Source: Corynebacterium glutamicum ATCC 13032
Lineage (GTDB): Bacteria; Actinomycetota; Actinomycetes; Mycobacteriales; Mycobacteriaceae
Direction of reading: 5' to 3'
NCBI RefSeq assembly: GCF_000011325.1
Contig: NC_003450.3
Location: 1,950,001 to 1,982,000, forward strand
DNA length: 32,000 nt
Below the pieces are notes generated by a model. It saw only the letters and a program-made list of their open reading frames with translations, did not search any database and had not been told where the DNA came from. How positions within the stretch are numbered: the first letter of the stretch is position 1; every line of letters starts with the position of its first letter. The position numbers and the translations under genes are program-made. This document shows, in pieces, positions 8,447 through 17,011 of this stretch.

Positions 8447-9340
8447 CTATGGTTGATAGCGATTAGCAACAAATAGCACTTCGCCCCACTTGGTCGAAAT
8501 ATTCTGATAGTCATCGTAATGCTTTCGCTCGAGTGTGGACCCATCAGGAAACACAGTCTCATAATCTACAACTGCGTCGGACAGATCTATGGCATTATCT
8601 GAGCCGTGTAAATCTGCTCCTTTCAGACTGCACGCATAAAAACTAGCGCCAGTGGCTTTATTGAACACACACCGACTTGCTTGCAAATCGACATTCCCAA
8701 AGAATGCATTAGTGATGTCCGCAGAAATCTCCGCACAACTCATTACCGCTTCACGAAATCGACTATGCGATAAATCGCCCGAAATTACGGTATCGCCCAA
8801 CTGAGCGCCAATAAAGTTGCAGTAGGAAAGATCGCAATTCGTTAATCGTGCATAATGCCACGAACACTCACTAAAATTAGCACCCGAAAAACAGCATTCC
8901 GACACACTCACCGAATCTGTTTCTAAGGCATATAGCCGAAGACTGACCTCAACTTCAAACGACGGGGTTTTGTCCAAAGGAGCATGGAAAACATGTGTTG
9001 ATGGTACCGCCTGTGCCTCAAACCTTTCGGGGGATTCATCAGACGCGCGCCCTAACCTCCGCCCCAGTTGCTCAAATATTTGCCGTCCTACAGTAATCTC
9101 AGACCAACCGTATTTCCGTGGAAAATCTGATTCGACAAACATATGCGTAACAACAATGTCACACAGTGACTGAACGATACTCGCTCCATAAGTTGTACCC
9201 GTTGCTGCAGCGCGATCCATGGATCTAAACGCATGTTGAACTGTGGCAGAGCGGATCGCGCTGTTATCGCTACTTAAACCCGCAATCAAGGGAGCAAAAA
9301 TATCGCCTTCAAGAAGGAAAGCTTCATCAGTCTTGTTCAT
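8447..9340 (-). CDS. Pentapeptide-repeat protein with an unknown ~150-aa N-terminal domain
   Basis: 297 aa with a GAAAGG RBS. The C-terminal half is a run of pentapeptide-like repeats (ANFSECSWHYARLTNCDLSYCNFIGAQLGDTVISGDLSHSRFREAVMSCAEISADITNAFFGNVDLQASRCVFNKATGASFYACSLKGADLHGS). Confidence 0.8.
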   Translation of the reverse strand: MNKTDEAFLLEGDIFAPLIAGLSSDNSAIRSATVQHAFRSMDRAAATGTTYGASIVQSLCDIVVTHMFVESDFPRKYGWSEITVGRQIFEQLGRRLGRASDESPERFEAQAVPSTHVFHAPLDKTPSFEVEVSLRLYALETDSVSVSECCFSGANFSECSWHYARLTNCDLSYCNFIGAQLGDTVISGDLSHSRFREAVMSCAEISADITNAFFGNVDLQASRCVFNKATGASFYACSLKGADLHGSDNAIDLSDAVVDYETVFPDGSTLERKHYDDYQNISTKWGEVLFVANRYQP

Positions 9341-9761
9341 CCCAGTCCATGCCTTTCTTCTGGTTCATGTGGGGAAGTGCTTTCCTCATACCTGCTTTCT
9401 AAAAGCCCTCAAGCTTCAAGCCTTAAGCCCTAAGAAAGAACTATTCTCAGGAGCTTTCCGTGTACTAACTCGCGTTGTTCATACCGCAGGAGCTTTCACA
9501 ACAATACCGTGCCCAAAAACGCTAAAGTGTGTGACCAAAATTTTTGGAGTTCCTGCACTAAACGCTCATGTGCATGCAGTGAGACGTGATCGCCAATGAA
9601 ATCTGGGCTGCGCTCAGCGCGTTGTTTCCTGCTATATAAACCTCAGATAGCCCACCGGCAGAACAGACCTAGGTTTACTAACGATGTCAGCAGTTCTTGC
9701 AGAAAACTTCCGGGGTCACAACATCGTCGCCACCCTACACTGGGGTGAGCACGACGTGATC

Positions 9762-10196
9762 TCAATACTCCTCGAATGCACTCGATTGTGCTCGCTGCAT
9801 GGCCCTGGCCTGCGAATTGAGCCCTTCGCACCAGGAGGGGTAAACACGAAATCCACGTTTACCCGGCTGTCCGTCTGCTGCGGTAATCCCCAATTCTGCA
9901 AGATGACCAGCGGAAAACCTAAACAATCCGCGCCGAACATCGTTCCTCACAAAGACAAGAAGACCAGCATTCATCCCGTCGTCACTAAACGGCTGGGTCT
10001 GCCCTCCCACGCCTCGCTGCCAAAAGGCAACAAAGGCACCCGGCTTCGACGGCGTGTTCCGGCCAGTCCGGACATGCCACTCATGACCTTCAACCTGTGC
10101 TAATCCTGATTCATAATCACTGTTCTGTGGCTCAGGGGCGACCGAAACAGTTATGCCCAGCTCGGTCGACCACATCTCCAACGCGCTAAATCCCAT
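9762..10196 (-). CDS. MepB-family protein
   Basis: 144 aa. Motifs GAFVAFWQR ... QPFS ... GLFRF ... KRGFRVYPSW match my recollection of S. aureus MepB family signatures (..FVA.W.K.. and ..RVYPSW..). The RBS is weak, so the start is uncertain. Confidence 0.7.
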   Translation of the reverse strand: MGFSALEMWSTELGITVSVAPEPQNSDYESGLAQVEGHEWHVRTGRNTPSKPGAFVAFWQRGVGGQTQPFSDDGMNAGLLVFVRNDVRRGLFRFSAGHLAELGITAADGQPGKRGFRVYPSWCEGLNSQARAMQRAQSSAFEEY

Positions 10197-10367
10197 GAGC
10201 TCAACTTATCAACTTCAGCCGCAGGAAGCCTACTGCCTCCTCTCGCCTCCTTCCGCAATACTCCCTAGATCTTGTTTAACCGTCAGGAGTTGGAGGGTAT
10301 ATCCGGCTACTGAACGACAACACTTTTAAACGACGGCGCTTGCGACTATTACCTTTGACCCGGCGCA

Positions 10368-11114
10368 CTAATCAATTTTGAAAACGCGCACCATTAGGTA
10401 ATCTCTCGATAAATAGTGTTTGGCCAGTAACAGACTCAAAAGCTTCTGCAAACTTGTTAAATCGTCAAAACAGCCGTTGACAAAGCTCTCCCACCACCGC
10501 AACTCTGCATCATGACTCCAATAAAATTCCTCAACCGGCATTTGATAGGCATAACGTTCAGCTGTAGAAGGCCCCAGCATCATCCAACTCGTCGCTAATG
10601 CTGACTCCCACAATTCAAGATCTGTCTTTTCGAAAACCGAGCTAATAGGACTAGGCGAACCAGGACTCAGTGCACAATATCCCACAAGCTCACAACGTCC
10701 AGCCGACTGCGCCCACTCCTGATCAGGATCAACAATCAGCGCACGCCCAACCTTGACATCAATTCCGGTGTGCTGCACAAAGAACTCTAACCATTCCTGT
10801 AACTCAGATACAGTGAGCACATCCGGTAGATCAGCTACTAAGGATCTTATATTGGACGAGAAAAGTGACCACTTTTCAGCAACGATCGCTTGAAAAAGAC
10901 ACTGCCGAACAGCTCCGGCTATGCGCTGATTAGTAAATACATTACCTGGGAATGGTAGTGAACTACCGTCCCTTTTTGTCACTCTAGAAAATGCATTCCA
11001 CTTTCCCATGATGTTGATGAGTAGAAAATCTAGACTTAGCGATGGCCCGATAAAGCGAAATCCGGAAGTTTTATAGCCTCTAGTGTAGATGCACAGTTGA
11101 TGGGGTTCTGTCAT
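10368..11114 (-). CDS. Hypothetical cytoplasmic protein, translationally coupled to the LGFP protein; candidate immunity/partner
   Basis: 248-aa ORF. Its ATG (11114-11112) overlaps the upstream TGA (11113-11111) as ATGA. No signal peptide. By eye it is more AT-rich than its surroundings. An internal start (MGKWNAF) is also possible. Confidence 0.6.
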   Translation of the reverse strand: MTEPHQLCIYTRGYKTSGFRFIGPSLSLDFLLINIMGKWNAFSRVTKRDGSSLPFPGNVFTNQRIAGAVRQCLFQAIVAEKWSLFSSNIRSLVADLPDVLTVSELQEWLEFFVQHTGIDVKVGRALIVDPDQEWAQSAGRCELVGYCALSPGSPSPISSVFEKTDLELWESALATSWMMLGPSTAERYAYQMPVEEFYWSHDAELRWWESFVNGCFDDLTSLQKLLSLLLAKHYLSRDYLMVRVFKID

Positions 11115-13000
11115 ATGCGAAGCTTATTATAAAGATTCACATGATCAGGACATTGGGAAATTTCAGGCTCGTGTTCGATTCCACCAGGTGGGGTTGAATT
11201 ACACCATGCTGAAATTACCCCCTTGGGTCTGTTCGAATTTGCTCCAGTGAAAGTATGAGGATTGTAAATAATAGTCACCCATTGCGGAGCGTGCATTTCT
11301 TTACATCCTGAGTTCTTATTGAATGTATAAGTTCTGCAATCTAGAAAGTACACCGTTTTCTCGAACTTGTAATAGCTGGTTCCTGGCGATGAGCCATAAT
11401 CAATCACCGCTTTATCTACTACGGCCTCAGCCATAGCGTGGTTGGCGAAGTTGTGTTTGCAATAGTTTTTTAAATATCCCCAGCCTTCATTCCTGTAACG
11501 GTCATAATGCCCTTTTCTCACGACAAATCTGAACTCGGTGGGGAAACCTCGCGAACTATACTCTTTTTTGATCGGGCCACCATTCTTTTCAATGTTGTTT
11601 TCAGTTTTTCTCTGCTCATCTAAATCGGGAAGATTCTTGCAATCCACGTATTGTGCACGCTGGGAAAACAGGGTCATCTCTTGGCTCGATGAGGATGAGC
11701 CGCTACTTCCAATTGGGAGGAAATCCTCCAAACTTCTTTCTTCATCGTCAGGAATCCATGTCAGTGCATCACCTGAGCCTAAAACAACACCTCTGGTGAA
11801 TTCTTGTTCGAGTGACTCATTTAATGATGTCAATGATGGTATCGGCCACCCTAAAGGAGTATCGGTATTTTGGTATTGCAGCCACAGGGAGTAAACATCA
11901 CCATACAGCTCTCTGGCGCCTAGGATTCCATTCCACGCAATCACCCCGCGCTCCGCAAAATTCACCACATGGAATAGACCAGAAACCTCAGGTGTTTCAT
12001 CTGCTTCAGGAAAACCTAAACGACCCGTCTCCCGACCCAACGCATCCCACACCCGCTGCGTAGCCAAATACATAAACCGTGTCTGACGATCATTTCGCCA
12101 CGAAATTGTTCCATTGGAGAAATTATTGTAAAAATACTCAGTACCGCTAGGTAGCTCATTAGTGATCGGGATGCCAATGGCATGATTCGAGCCGCCAAGT
12201 TCTTCGTAGCGCTGTTTAATATCGCCCCACACAGCACCGCCAGTCAATGGGTTGTAATAGTTGTCACCACCTTGAAAAGTCTGTCGCTGAGTAAGGGGAT
12301 AGTTTGTATCCATCGGACCAGAGGTTGGGTACCCCAATGGCCCTGATTCCCAGTTCAAGGTCCCCCACTGCCTCAAACCGTCCAGGGTCACTGCATAAGC
12401 GCCTGTGTCTGGATGCCAATAGATGGCACCCCCAACAAATTCACTTCTTTTGCCAACACCGTCGGGATTGGTCAACTCGTTTGACTTTGGTGGCCCAAGC
12501 CATGACAACTGACCTCCAACCTGCCGATAAGCGTCAAGAATCCGGCCACAAACTGAGAAACCTGTTGGCCACATAGCCTCACACCCAGTTGCAGCCATCA
12601 ATCGTGCGCCCTCATTAAGTCGCGCTTCCGCAACCTCCACCTGATCAGCTTCGTCCTTGCTCACCCCCTCCGGTAACTCGATGACATCTGAGCGCATTTC
12701 CCCTGCAACGATGTCCCGCTTAGGTAGCGGAAGTTCCTCAACATTGTCTTTACTATCGTTGACGTGCTCGTGATACTCAATGACTACTTCTGGATGTGCT
12801 GATTCGAAATCCTCAAGTTGTTCCTTAACAGTCGGAGCATTCCTATTGGGAACATAGTCAACACCATCATCAGCAAACTGCTCATCACTGATTTCTTTTA
12901 CAAGCTCAAATTGATCTTCCACTTGTGCTTGAGCTACCGGAGATGCAACCCCGATGGCCAGCAACATGACAGCAGAAACACCCACTAGTCTTCGTACCAA
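11111..13000 (-). CDS. Secreted LGFP-repeat protein with a C-terminal Cys-rich module of unknown function
   Basis: 629 aa with a TTG start. Signal peptide MVRRLVGVSAVMLLAIGVASPVAQA. LGFP-type repeats (GPLGYPTSGP, GRLGFPEADE, TPLGWPIPS, FVGGAIYWHPDTGAY). Ser linker GSSGSSSSSQ. Final ~190 aa carry 6 Cys. Confidence 0.85.
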   Translation of the reverse strand: MVRRLVGVSAVMLLAIGVASPVAQAQVEDQFELVKEISDEQFADDGVDYVPNRNAPTVKEQLEDFESAHPEVVIEYHEHVNDSKDNVEELPLPKRDIVAGEMRSDVIELPEGVSKDEADQVEVAEARLNEGARLMAATGCEAMWPTGFSVCGRILDAYRQVGGQLSWLGPPKSNELTNPDGVGKRSEFVGGAIYWHPDTGAYAVTLDGLRQWGTLNWESGPLGYPTSGPMDTNYPLTQRQTFQGGDNYYNPLTGGAVWGDIKQRYEELGGSNHAIGIPITNELPSGTEYFYNNFSNGTISWRNDRQTRFMYLATQRVWDALGRETGRLGFPEADETPEVSGLFHVVNFAERGVIAWNGILGARELYGDVYSLWLQYQNTDTPLGWPIPSLTSLNESLEQEFTRGVVLGSGDALTWIPDDEERSLEDFLPIGSSGSSSSSQEMTLFSQRAQYVDCKNLPDLDEQRKTENNIEKNGGPIKKEYSSRGFPTEFRFVVRKGHYDRYRNEGWGYLKNYCKHNFANHAMAEAVVDKAVIDYGSSPGTSYYKFEKTVYFLDCRTYTFNKNSGCKEMHAPQWVTIIYNPHTFTGANSNRPKGVISAWCNSTPPGGIEHEPEISQCPDHVNLYNKLRI

Positions 13001-13094
13001 CCGCTTATATCAAACCTTTACCTGTCGGAAAATATGTACAAACTGAGGATAGGTAAAGAATTAGTTAAAAGTTGGATGGGAGAGAAAATACATG

Positions 13095-13112
13095 CTCTTT
13101 ACCCGAAAAGAG
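13095..13112 (-). terminator. Weak hairpin downstream of the 97-aa gene
   Basis: CTCTTT (13095-13100) pairs with AAAGAG (13107-13112). On the minus strand it is followed by the T-rich CATGTATTTTCTCT. The stem is short. Confidence 0.3.
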
Positions 13113-13135
13113 GGGTGAAAAGACTGTGTTGTACT

Positions 13136-13429
13136 TTAAGTGGGAATAGGCTCTCCGGTAGACGGATCGACACCATACACGGTCTTAAACATTTCTGGTG
13201 CCACCACTGCCTGATAGTTCAATGCAGCATTGAAGGATGCCTCATCGCCAGATTCACGAAAACGGTCAAGTCCATCTCCTAGTAGTGAAAACATGGCTTC
13301 ATTAAGCACTCCTAGCTGCTGATCTCGTGCATCGTCACGCTCACGAAGACGCTTTACCTCAGCTGCCAAGTTATGAATCTGCTTCTGCTGATCTTTGATG
13401 ATCTCGCCAGCAGTTCTCGTCTGTGCCAT
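13136..13429 (-). CDS. Small coiled-coil protein, unknown function
   Basis: 97 aa with an AAGGGG RBS 9 nt upstream. The N-terminal half is heptad-like and charged (QQKQIHNLAAEVKRLRERDDARDQQL). Confidence 0.65.
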   Translation of the reverse strand: MAQTRTAGEIIKDQQKQIHNLAAEVKRLRERDDARDQQLGVLNEAMFSLLGDGLDRFRESGDEASFNAALNYQAVVAPEMFKTVYGVDPSTGEPIPT

Positions 13430-13510
13430 AATCTTTATTCCCCTTTTTAAGTCACTAACTTTATCTGTTTGATTCTTACTATATCTGCATCAGTATTAAG
13501 TCGAAAGCCT

Positions 13511-14731
13511 TCAGTCATCATTTCGCACCGCATGGAACTGTCTCCCGGCTACGTCTTTCCCCCGCTGCCACTCATGCTCCGATGACTTTTTCAATACAGC
13601 AAGCACTTTCTCATGCTTTTCACTGTGTAGATCAATGTCTTCTACTGCTGAACCAGTCGCAATATCACCGATCATGAGGCGTTCTGCGAAAAACGCACTG
13701 AGCAAATGCTCAAAAAAGAAATTGTCGCGTTCGTTTTGTACGCTGCGCTTGTGCAAAAAGCCCAGTGTCTTGTTGATCTGCGCCATCTGCTGCGCCTGTT
13801 CATCAAGCGCGTCATTGACACTTTCCTGCCAACCTACAGATCGGTGTTCATTGAGAATGTCGAGCACAAGCTGGTCATCGTCACTTAAAGACACTAATCC
13901 TTGGACATCTTCGTGATTCGCCAGCAGTGACACAATCCCGAGGTTCACCAAGATCCCGAAAGGAATAGGGCCTCGAAACGTCACACCCTGCTGTGCAAGC
14001 TTCTTGTGCACATGATCCTGCAGTAGATCGGTCAGCCTGGCACTCGTCCTGTGCACAGTACGCAGTTCATCCTCTAGATCCACACCATCGCCATCACGCA
14101 ACGTAATGCTTGACTTAAAGGCCACCACACCTGCACGCGGTGTACACGCTGCTGCATCGGTGGTTGTGCGAGCGCTACGTTGTCGTCGCGGTGCCTGTTT
14201 CACAGATTTTTTGCCAGATCGCTTGGGCTCCTGTGCTAGTTGGTGCTCTTTCGCGGCGTCTAGATCCGCAACTACTTCAACAGCTGGCGCCCCCTGGGTC
14301 ACCTCTGCAGATTCTGCAACCGCCTCATGCAACACAGGCGCCTGTGCTACCTCTGTCACAACCTTTATCTCTGATTGCACCCTCTCTCCACCTGACACTG
14401 CTGACTGCCCCAACCATGTCTGAGCATCAGTGACACCCTGGTAAATATCGCGCAATCCCAGCATCTGCTGAAAAAGCTGCTCCTGCGCTCTTGTCACCGT
14501 ACCGGCAGCAACACCCTTGTTAATGCTCTCAGTTAAGGTCACCCATGAGCGCCCATAAGCCGGATGTGTGCTATCACCAAGAAGCAGATTCCTTAACTTA
14601 TCTGAGCCTAAAGACAGCTTGTCCCACAGCTGTGACAGCACACTGTGTAGCCGTGCATTACCAGCGACAAGATCCACCTCATCAAAACGAACACCATCGG
14701 TCACCACAATTGGTGTCACGGCCTTAGTCAT
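13511..14731 (-). CDS. Hypothetical protein (~406 aa)
   Basis: Track ORF 13511-14743. I prefer the ATG at 14731 (MTKAVTPIV), which overlaps the upstream TAA stop by 8 nt (GATCATGACTAAG) and has a GAGG 12 nt upstream. It has a basic central linker (KRSGKKSVKQAPRRQRSAR). No family recognised. Confidence 0.7.
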   Translation of the reverse strand: MTKAVTPIVVTDGVRFDEVDLVAGNARLHSVLSQLWDKLSLGSDKLRNLLLGDSTHPAYGRSWVTLTESINKGVAAGTVTRAQEQLFQQMLGLRDIYQGVTDAQTWLGQSAVSGGERVQSEIKVVTEVAQAPVLHEAVAESAEVTQGAPAVEVVADLDAAKEHQLAQEPKRSGKKSVKQAPRRQRSARTTTDAAACTPRAGVVAFKSSITLRDGDGVDLEDELRTVHRTSARLTDLLQDHVHKKLAQQGVTFRGPIPFGILVNLGIVSLLANHEDVQGLVSLSDDDQLVLDILNEHRSVGWQESVNDALDEQAQQMAQINKTLGFLHKRSVQNERDNFFFEHLLSAFFAERLMIGDIATGSAVEDIDLHSEKHEKVLAVLKKSSEHEWQRGKDVAGRQFHAVRNDD

Positions 14732-15902
14732 GATCACCACCACCCTCGCCCATCAACGCAGCACTAAGCTCTGCAGCGAGCGCATCAACTTCTTTTTTAA
14801 GCCGTTCATTTTCTGCTTCTAATTCATGCTGCTGCTGAGCATGGGATTCACCCTCGGCAAGTGCCTTAGCGTAGACCTCATCAAGTTCCTTATTATGTGC
14901 CACCTGAGTCATCAGCCCCAAGCGTCGCAACACCACGCTGTGCTCAATACCGTTGAGCTGCATAAAAGACCGAATTGCCTGATCAATCGGTGTAATAGTC
15001 TCACCCGCTAGATCGACACTCATCTCTACGTGCTCAACCTTGGGTACCGGCTCTGGCGTTGGTTCTGACGCAACGACCTGTTCAGCAACAACCGCTACGC
15101 TGTCAGCGTCATGAGCAGGTGTCACCACAACCTGTTCATCAACGTTGTCTACTACAGCTATATCCTGATCCATCTCTACGTTCTCCTTCTCTGTTTCCTC
15201 GGTGGTCTTTATCATTTCGGTGACATCATCATCATGGGGCTCGTTCTCCGGTGGGCGCTGGTAACGATTTTTAAGTTCTTCCAGCATGATCGCCCCATCA
15301 GCACCGACAAAGACGCTGAGATCCTGGTGTCCATCTCGCATAGCCTGCTCATGCCTTATGTGGCGGTGAACATCAACCTGCCCAAAAGCCAGCTCAAAAT
15401 GCGTACCAAAAAACACTCCCGCCCCCACATCTGCGGCAGTCGCGCCAGCTGTATTCTCTTGCCCGCCATCATCTATGTCGGTGTTCACTGCCGGTTGTGT
15501 TCGGATGGGTGGTCCTGGTCGCAGTGCATTGGGTACGGGAAGTCTGGGTCGAAAAGATCGCACCGCTGTCGCAGTGCCGGTGAAATCACGGGGATTGTCT
15601 ACCGACTCTTCGTGACTGCCCTCTTGTGCAGACTCTTCTGTACTTGTCCCAGTGTCTTCAGCAACAGCCTCAGAGACATGGTTATCACTGCTCAACTCAC
15701 CTAGCGGACCAGCGTCACGGGGTTCATCCTGAGCAAAAGGGTCCTCATCAAACTCGTCCTCATCATCAAGGTCTGCTGCATAGTCATAAGGCTCGACTGA
15801 CCCTTGTACGCCAGCTTCAGCCTCTAATGCAGCTAATTCATCGGCTAAGGCAGCTTCCTCAAGGGCAGCATCCTCTAAGGCTTCTCGTTCCTGCTCGTTC
15901 AT
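14724..15902 (-). CDS. Highly acidic hypothetical protein with a C-terminal coiled coil
   Basis: 392 aa. It starts 5 nt after the stop of the RHH gene. Long D/E tracts, a His cluster VDVHRHIRHEQAMRDGH, and a C-terminal heptad segment QQQHELEAENERLKKEVDALAAEL. Confidence 0.7.
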   Translation of the reverse strand: MNEQEREALEDAALEEAALADELAALEAEAGVQGSVEPYDYAADLDDEDEFDEDPFAQDEPRDAGPLGELSSDNHVSEAVAEDTGTSTEESAQEGSHEESVDNPRDFTGTATAVRSFRPRLPVPNALRPGPPIRTQPAVNTDIDDGGQENTAGATAADVGAGVFFGTHFELAFGQVDVHRHIRHEQAMRDGHQDLSVFVGADGAIMLEELKNRYQRPPENEPHDDDVTEMIKTTEETEKENVEMDQDIAVVDNVDEQVVVTPAHDADSVAVVAEQVVASEPTPEPVPKVEHVEMSVDLAGETITPIDQAIRSFMQLNGIEHSVVLRRLGLMTQVAHNKELDEVYAKALAEGESHAQQQHELEAENERLKKEVDALAAELSAALMGEGGGDHD

Positions 15903-15907
15903 CGGGT

Positions 15908-16240
15908 TTAACCCAGGTCATCGAGATCATCAGAGAGATACGAGTCGCCACGAGTCATACCGATAATGGTGTTGAAACCACTAGTTACAACTGTCGTGTT
16001 GTTCGCCAACTCACGACCAAACGAGCTGAGCTGATCAATGATTTGGTTCATGCGGTTATCCAACAGTGAATTCGGAATAACGTGCACACCGTTATCACGA
16101 TCAATCTTCTCTCTGATCGCCTCTTCTGCATACGCGCTCAGCGAGATACCTTTTCGATCTGCCCAATAAATTGCCCGCTGGTGGGTGTCTGAATCAAAGC
16201 GCAGTGTGGCACGTACATGAACCTTTTTCTCGTCTGCCAT
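15908..16240 (-). CDS. Ribbon-helix-helix (CopG/Arc/MobC-like) DNA-binding protein
   Basis: The sequence KVHVRATLRFDSDTHQRAIYWADRKGISLSAYAEEAIREKI fits the strand-helix-turn-helix RHH pattern. I prefer the ATG at 16240 (MADEKK, AGGGA/GGAG upstream) over the track start at 16267, which lacks an RBS. Confidence 0.7.
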   Translation of the reverse strand: MADEKKVHVRATLRFDSDTHQRAIYWADRKGISLSAYAEEAIREKIDRDNGVHVIPNSLLDNRMNQIIDQLSSFGRELANNTTVVTSGFNTIIGMTRGDSYLSDDLDDLG

Positions 16241-16348
16241 GTCTATCCCTATTCTCCGAAAATCCATTAATGTTAATGATTAAGTTAGTCTATTTCATAG
16301 TTGATTAACTTATCCACTACCCAGACCTCTACAAGAAAGTTCCCCAGA
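16241..16348. promoter_or_regulatory. Divergent promoter/operator region between the RHH operon and the nuclease gene
   Basis: AT-rich. Tandem TTAATG TTAATG (16267-16278). 11-bp palindrome TTAATGATTAA (16273-16283). TTGATTAAC (16301-16309) recurs as TTGATTAAG in the 17440-17600 gap upstream of the 17604 gene. Confidence 0.35.
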
Positions 16349-16987
16349 ATGTCACTATCTATTAGTTTTCATAAAATTGCACTCTCTGCCACCACCTTGC
16401 TTGGCGCTGTCGCAATCTCTGCCTGTGCGCTAGTAACTCAAGCACCTCCTATTAACGCAGCCCCGGTTACTGGCAGCAGCTCATTAAGCTCCACCCTCGA
16501 CCTGGGCACCACCACCCCTACCAGCATCGACACAGTAAAACTCACTCAGCAAGCACAAAATCAAGCGGCACCACGCGTTGCAGCGAGCCTGGTGCGCGTG
16601 GTTGACGGCGACACCATTGTCGTGAACTATCAGGGTGCTCAGAAAACTGTTCGTATGATCGGTATTGATTCCCCCGAAACCAAACACCCCACCAAGCCTG
16701 TGGGCTTCTACGGACCAGAATCTTCACAGAATCTCACCACCATGCTGCGCGGTGCCACCATCACACTAGAATTTGATTCCACCCAAGCCCGCGAAGATCA
16801 ATACGGACGCCTGCTTGCTTATGTCTGGTACACCAAGGGCGATAGCGGTCTTAAGCTTGCCAATTTGGAACAAATTGCCTCAGGCTCTGCTGCTGAATAC
16901 AGCTTCGACACCCGCTACAACCACCGCAATATTTTCCTACGTGCACAAACCCTTGCCAAGGCAAGCAGTCTAGGTATGTGGGGTTAA
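16349..16987 (+). CDS. Secreted lipoprotein thermonuclease (staphylococcal/micrococcal nuclease-like, SNase fold)
   Basis: Start moved to the ATG at 16349 (AAGAAAG RBS). Lipobox AISAC after a hydrophobic helix. SNase signatures VRVVDGDTIVV, VRMIGIDSPE, QYGRLLAYVW. Confidence 0.85.
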   Translation: MSLSISFHKIALSATTLLGAVAISACALVTQAPPINAAPVTGSSSLSSTLDLGTTTPTSIDTVKLTQQAQNQAAPRVAASLVRVVDGDTIVVNYQGAQKTVRMIGIDSPETKHPTKPVGFYGPESSQNLTTMLRGATITLEFDSTQAREDQYGRLLAYVWYTKGDSGLKLANLEQIASGSAAEYSFDTRYNHRNIFLRAQTLAKASSLGMWG

Positions 16988-17011
16988 AAGAAACCCACCT
17001 ATACCAACCAC

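Noticed and set aside
9243-10103. ORFs 9243-9599(+), 9643-9831(-), 9684-10103(+), 9716-9940(-)
   Set aside because: They overlap the pentapeptide or MepB genes, or lie in the 9341-9761 gap without an RBS. Their translations are not protein-like. The gap might hold a decayed gene, but I cannot support a pseudogene call.
11173-11182. GTTCGATTCC, resembling a tRNA T-loop
   Set aside because: The flanking bases do not form a T-stem or acceptor stem, and the site lies inside the LGFP-protein coding sequence.
15111-16069. 197-aa and 147-aa plus-strand ORFs opposite the acidic-protein and RHH genes
   Set aside because: They are antisense to a tightly coupled operon, have no RBS, and are Cys/His/Leu-rich nonsense-like sequences.
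16310-16318. DnaA-box-like TTATCCACT (and ATATCCACA inside the first gene near positions 30 and 205)
   Set aside because: These are single, isolated near-matches. They are not clustered and are not in the iteron region. They fall in the range expected by chance in 32 kb.
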